Assembly (NCBI GenBank): GCA_051362555.1
Contig: JBPQGU010000016.1
Location: 2,976,001-3,040,000 of the forward strand
DNA: 64,000 bases
From: Lingula anatina
Taxonomy: Eukaryota > Animalia > Brachiopoda
Direction of reading: 5' to 3'
A program made the position numbers and the translations under genes. Shown piece after piece: positions 63,869 to 64,000 of this stretch. Within the stretch, counting starts at the first letter, position 1. Each line of letters begins with the position of its first letter. The notes under the pieces were generated by a model, which did no database searches, was not told the origin of the DNA, and saw only the letters and a list, made by a program, of their open reading frames with translations.

Positions 63869-64000
63869 ATATTTGAATAAATTTCATCATATTCATTAAT
63901 GAATTTTTCTAAATTCATTTTGTTGTCTGTTTTTAATGTTTTTATTTTTGAATATGCTTTAATTCATGCAGGATCAGAATGCGATATTTCAATTAATCTA
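63856..64000 (-). CDS. 3' end of a second Panacea/DUF4065-like antitoxin (partial)
   Basis: RLIEISHSDPAWIKAY matches the DUF4065 C-terminal L.x.SH...W..A motif. Confidence 0.55.

Noticed and set aside
33800-64000. Island as an IS, prophage or ICE
   Set aside because: No transposase, integrase, phage structural or conjugation genes, and no att repeats recognised in this window

Overview
Extremely AT-rich Mollicute-type chromosome segment that uses genetic code 4 (TGA = Trp). Most 'fragmented' ORFs in the supplied track are single genes, and the coordinates below were re-derived by reading through TGA. 1-33.8 kb is core genome around the replication origin: gyrB, Cof-type HAD, recF-like, dnaN and dnaA on the minus strand; rpmH, rnpA, yidC, jag-like, tatD, 4 tRNAs, an ABC exporter, rpsF, prs, pth, purA, purB, hpt, L10 leader, rplJ, rplL, rpmE, ssb, rpsR, gltX, an HD hydrolase, ackA, an NSS transporter and a C39-peptidase ABC exporter. 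Three repeat-built surface proteins are interspersed. ~33.8-64 kb is an accessory/defence island with no recognisable transposase or CRISPR. It holds a DUF4357-HNH nuclease; an (AG)20 phase-variable C5-methyltransferase (frameshifted OFF) coupled to a second HNH; a Zn-ribbon/HEPN-like protein; two Panacea (DUF4065) antitoxin pairs; an OLD-type ATPase-TOPRIM nuclease; an SPPY amino-methyltransferase facing a ParB-like/HEPN-like protein; and several degraded duplicated cassettes. The best candidate for an undescribed system is a duplicated GHKL(MORC/MutL)-ATPase module. Copy 1 is followed by a Z1 helicase-like gene and a tandem-DUF4357 protein; copy 2 is followed by a DUF4357-sigma70 fusion. This resembles the Mza defence system, but DUF4420/AIPR/ankyrin are absent and a repeated DUF4357 (RAMA-like) domain is present. 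All family assignments come from motifs read by eye, without database searches.
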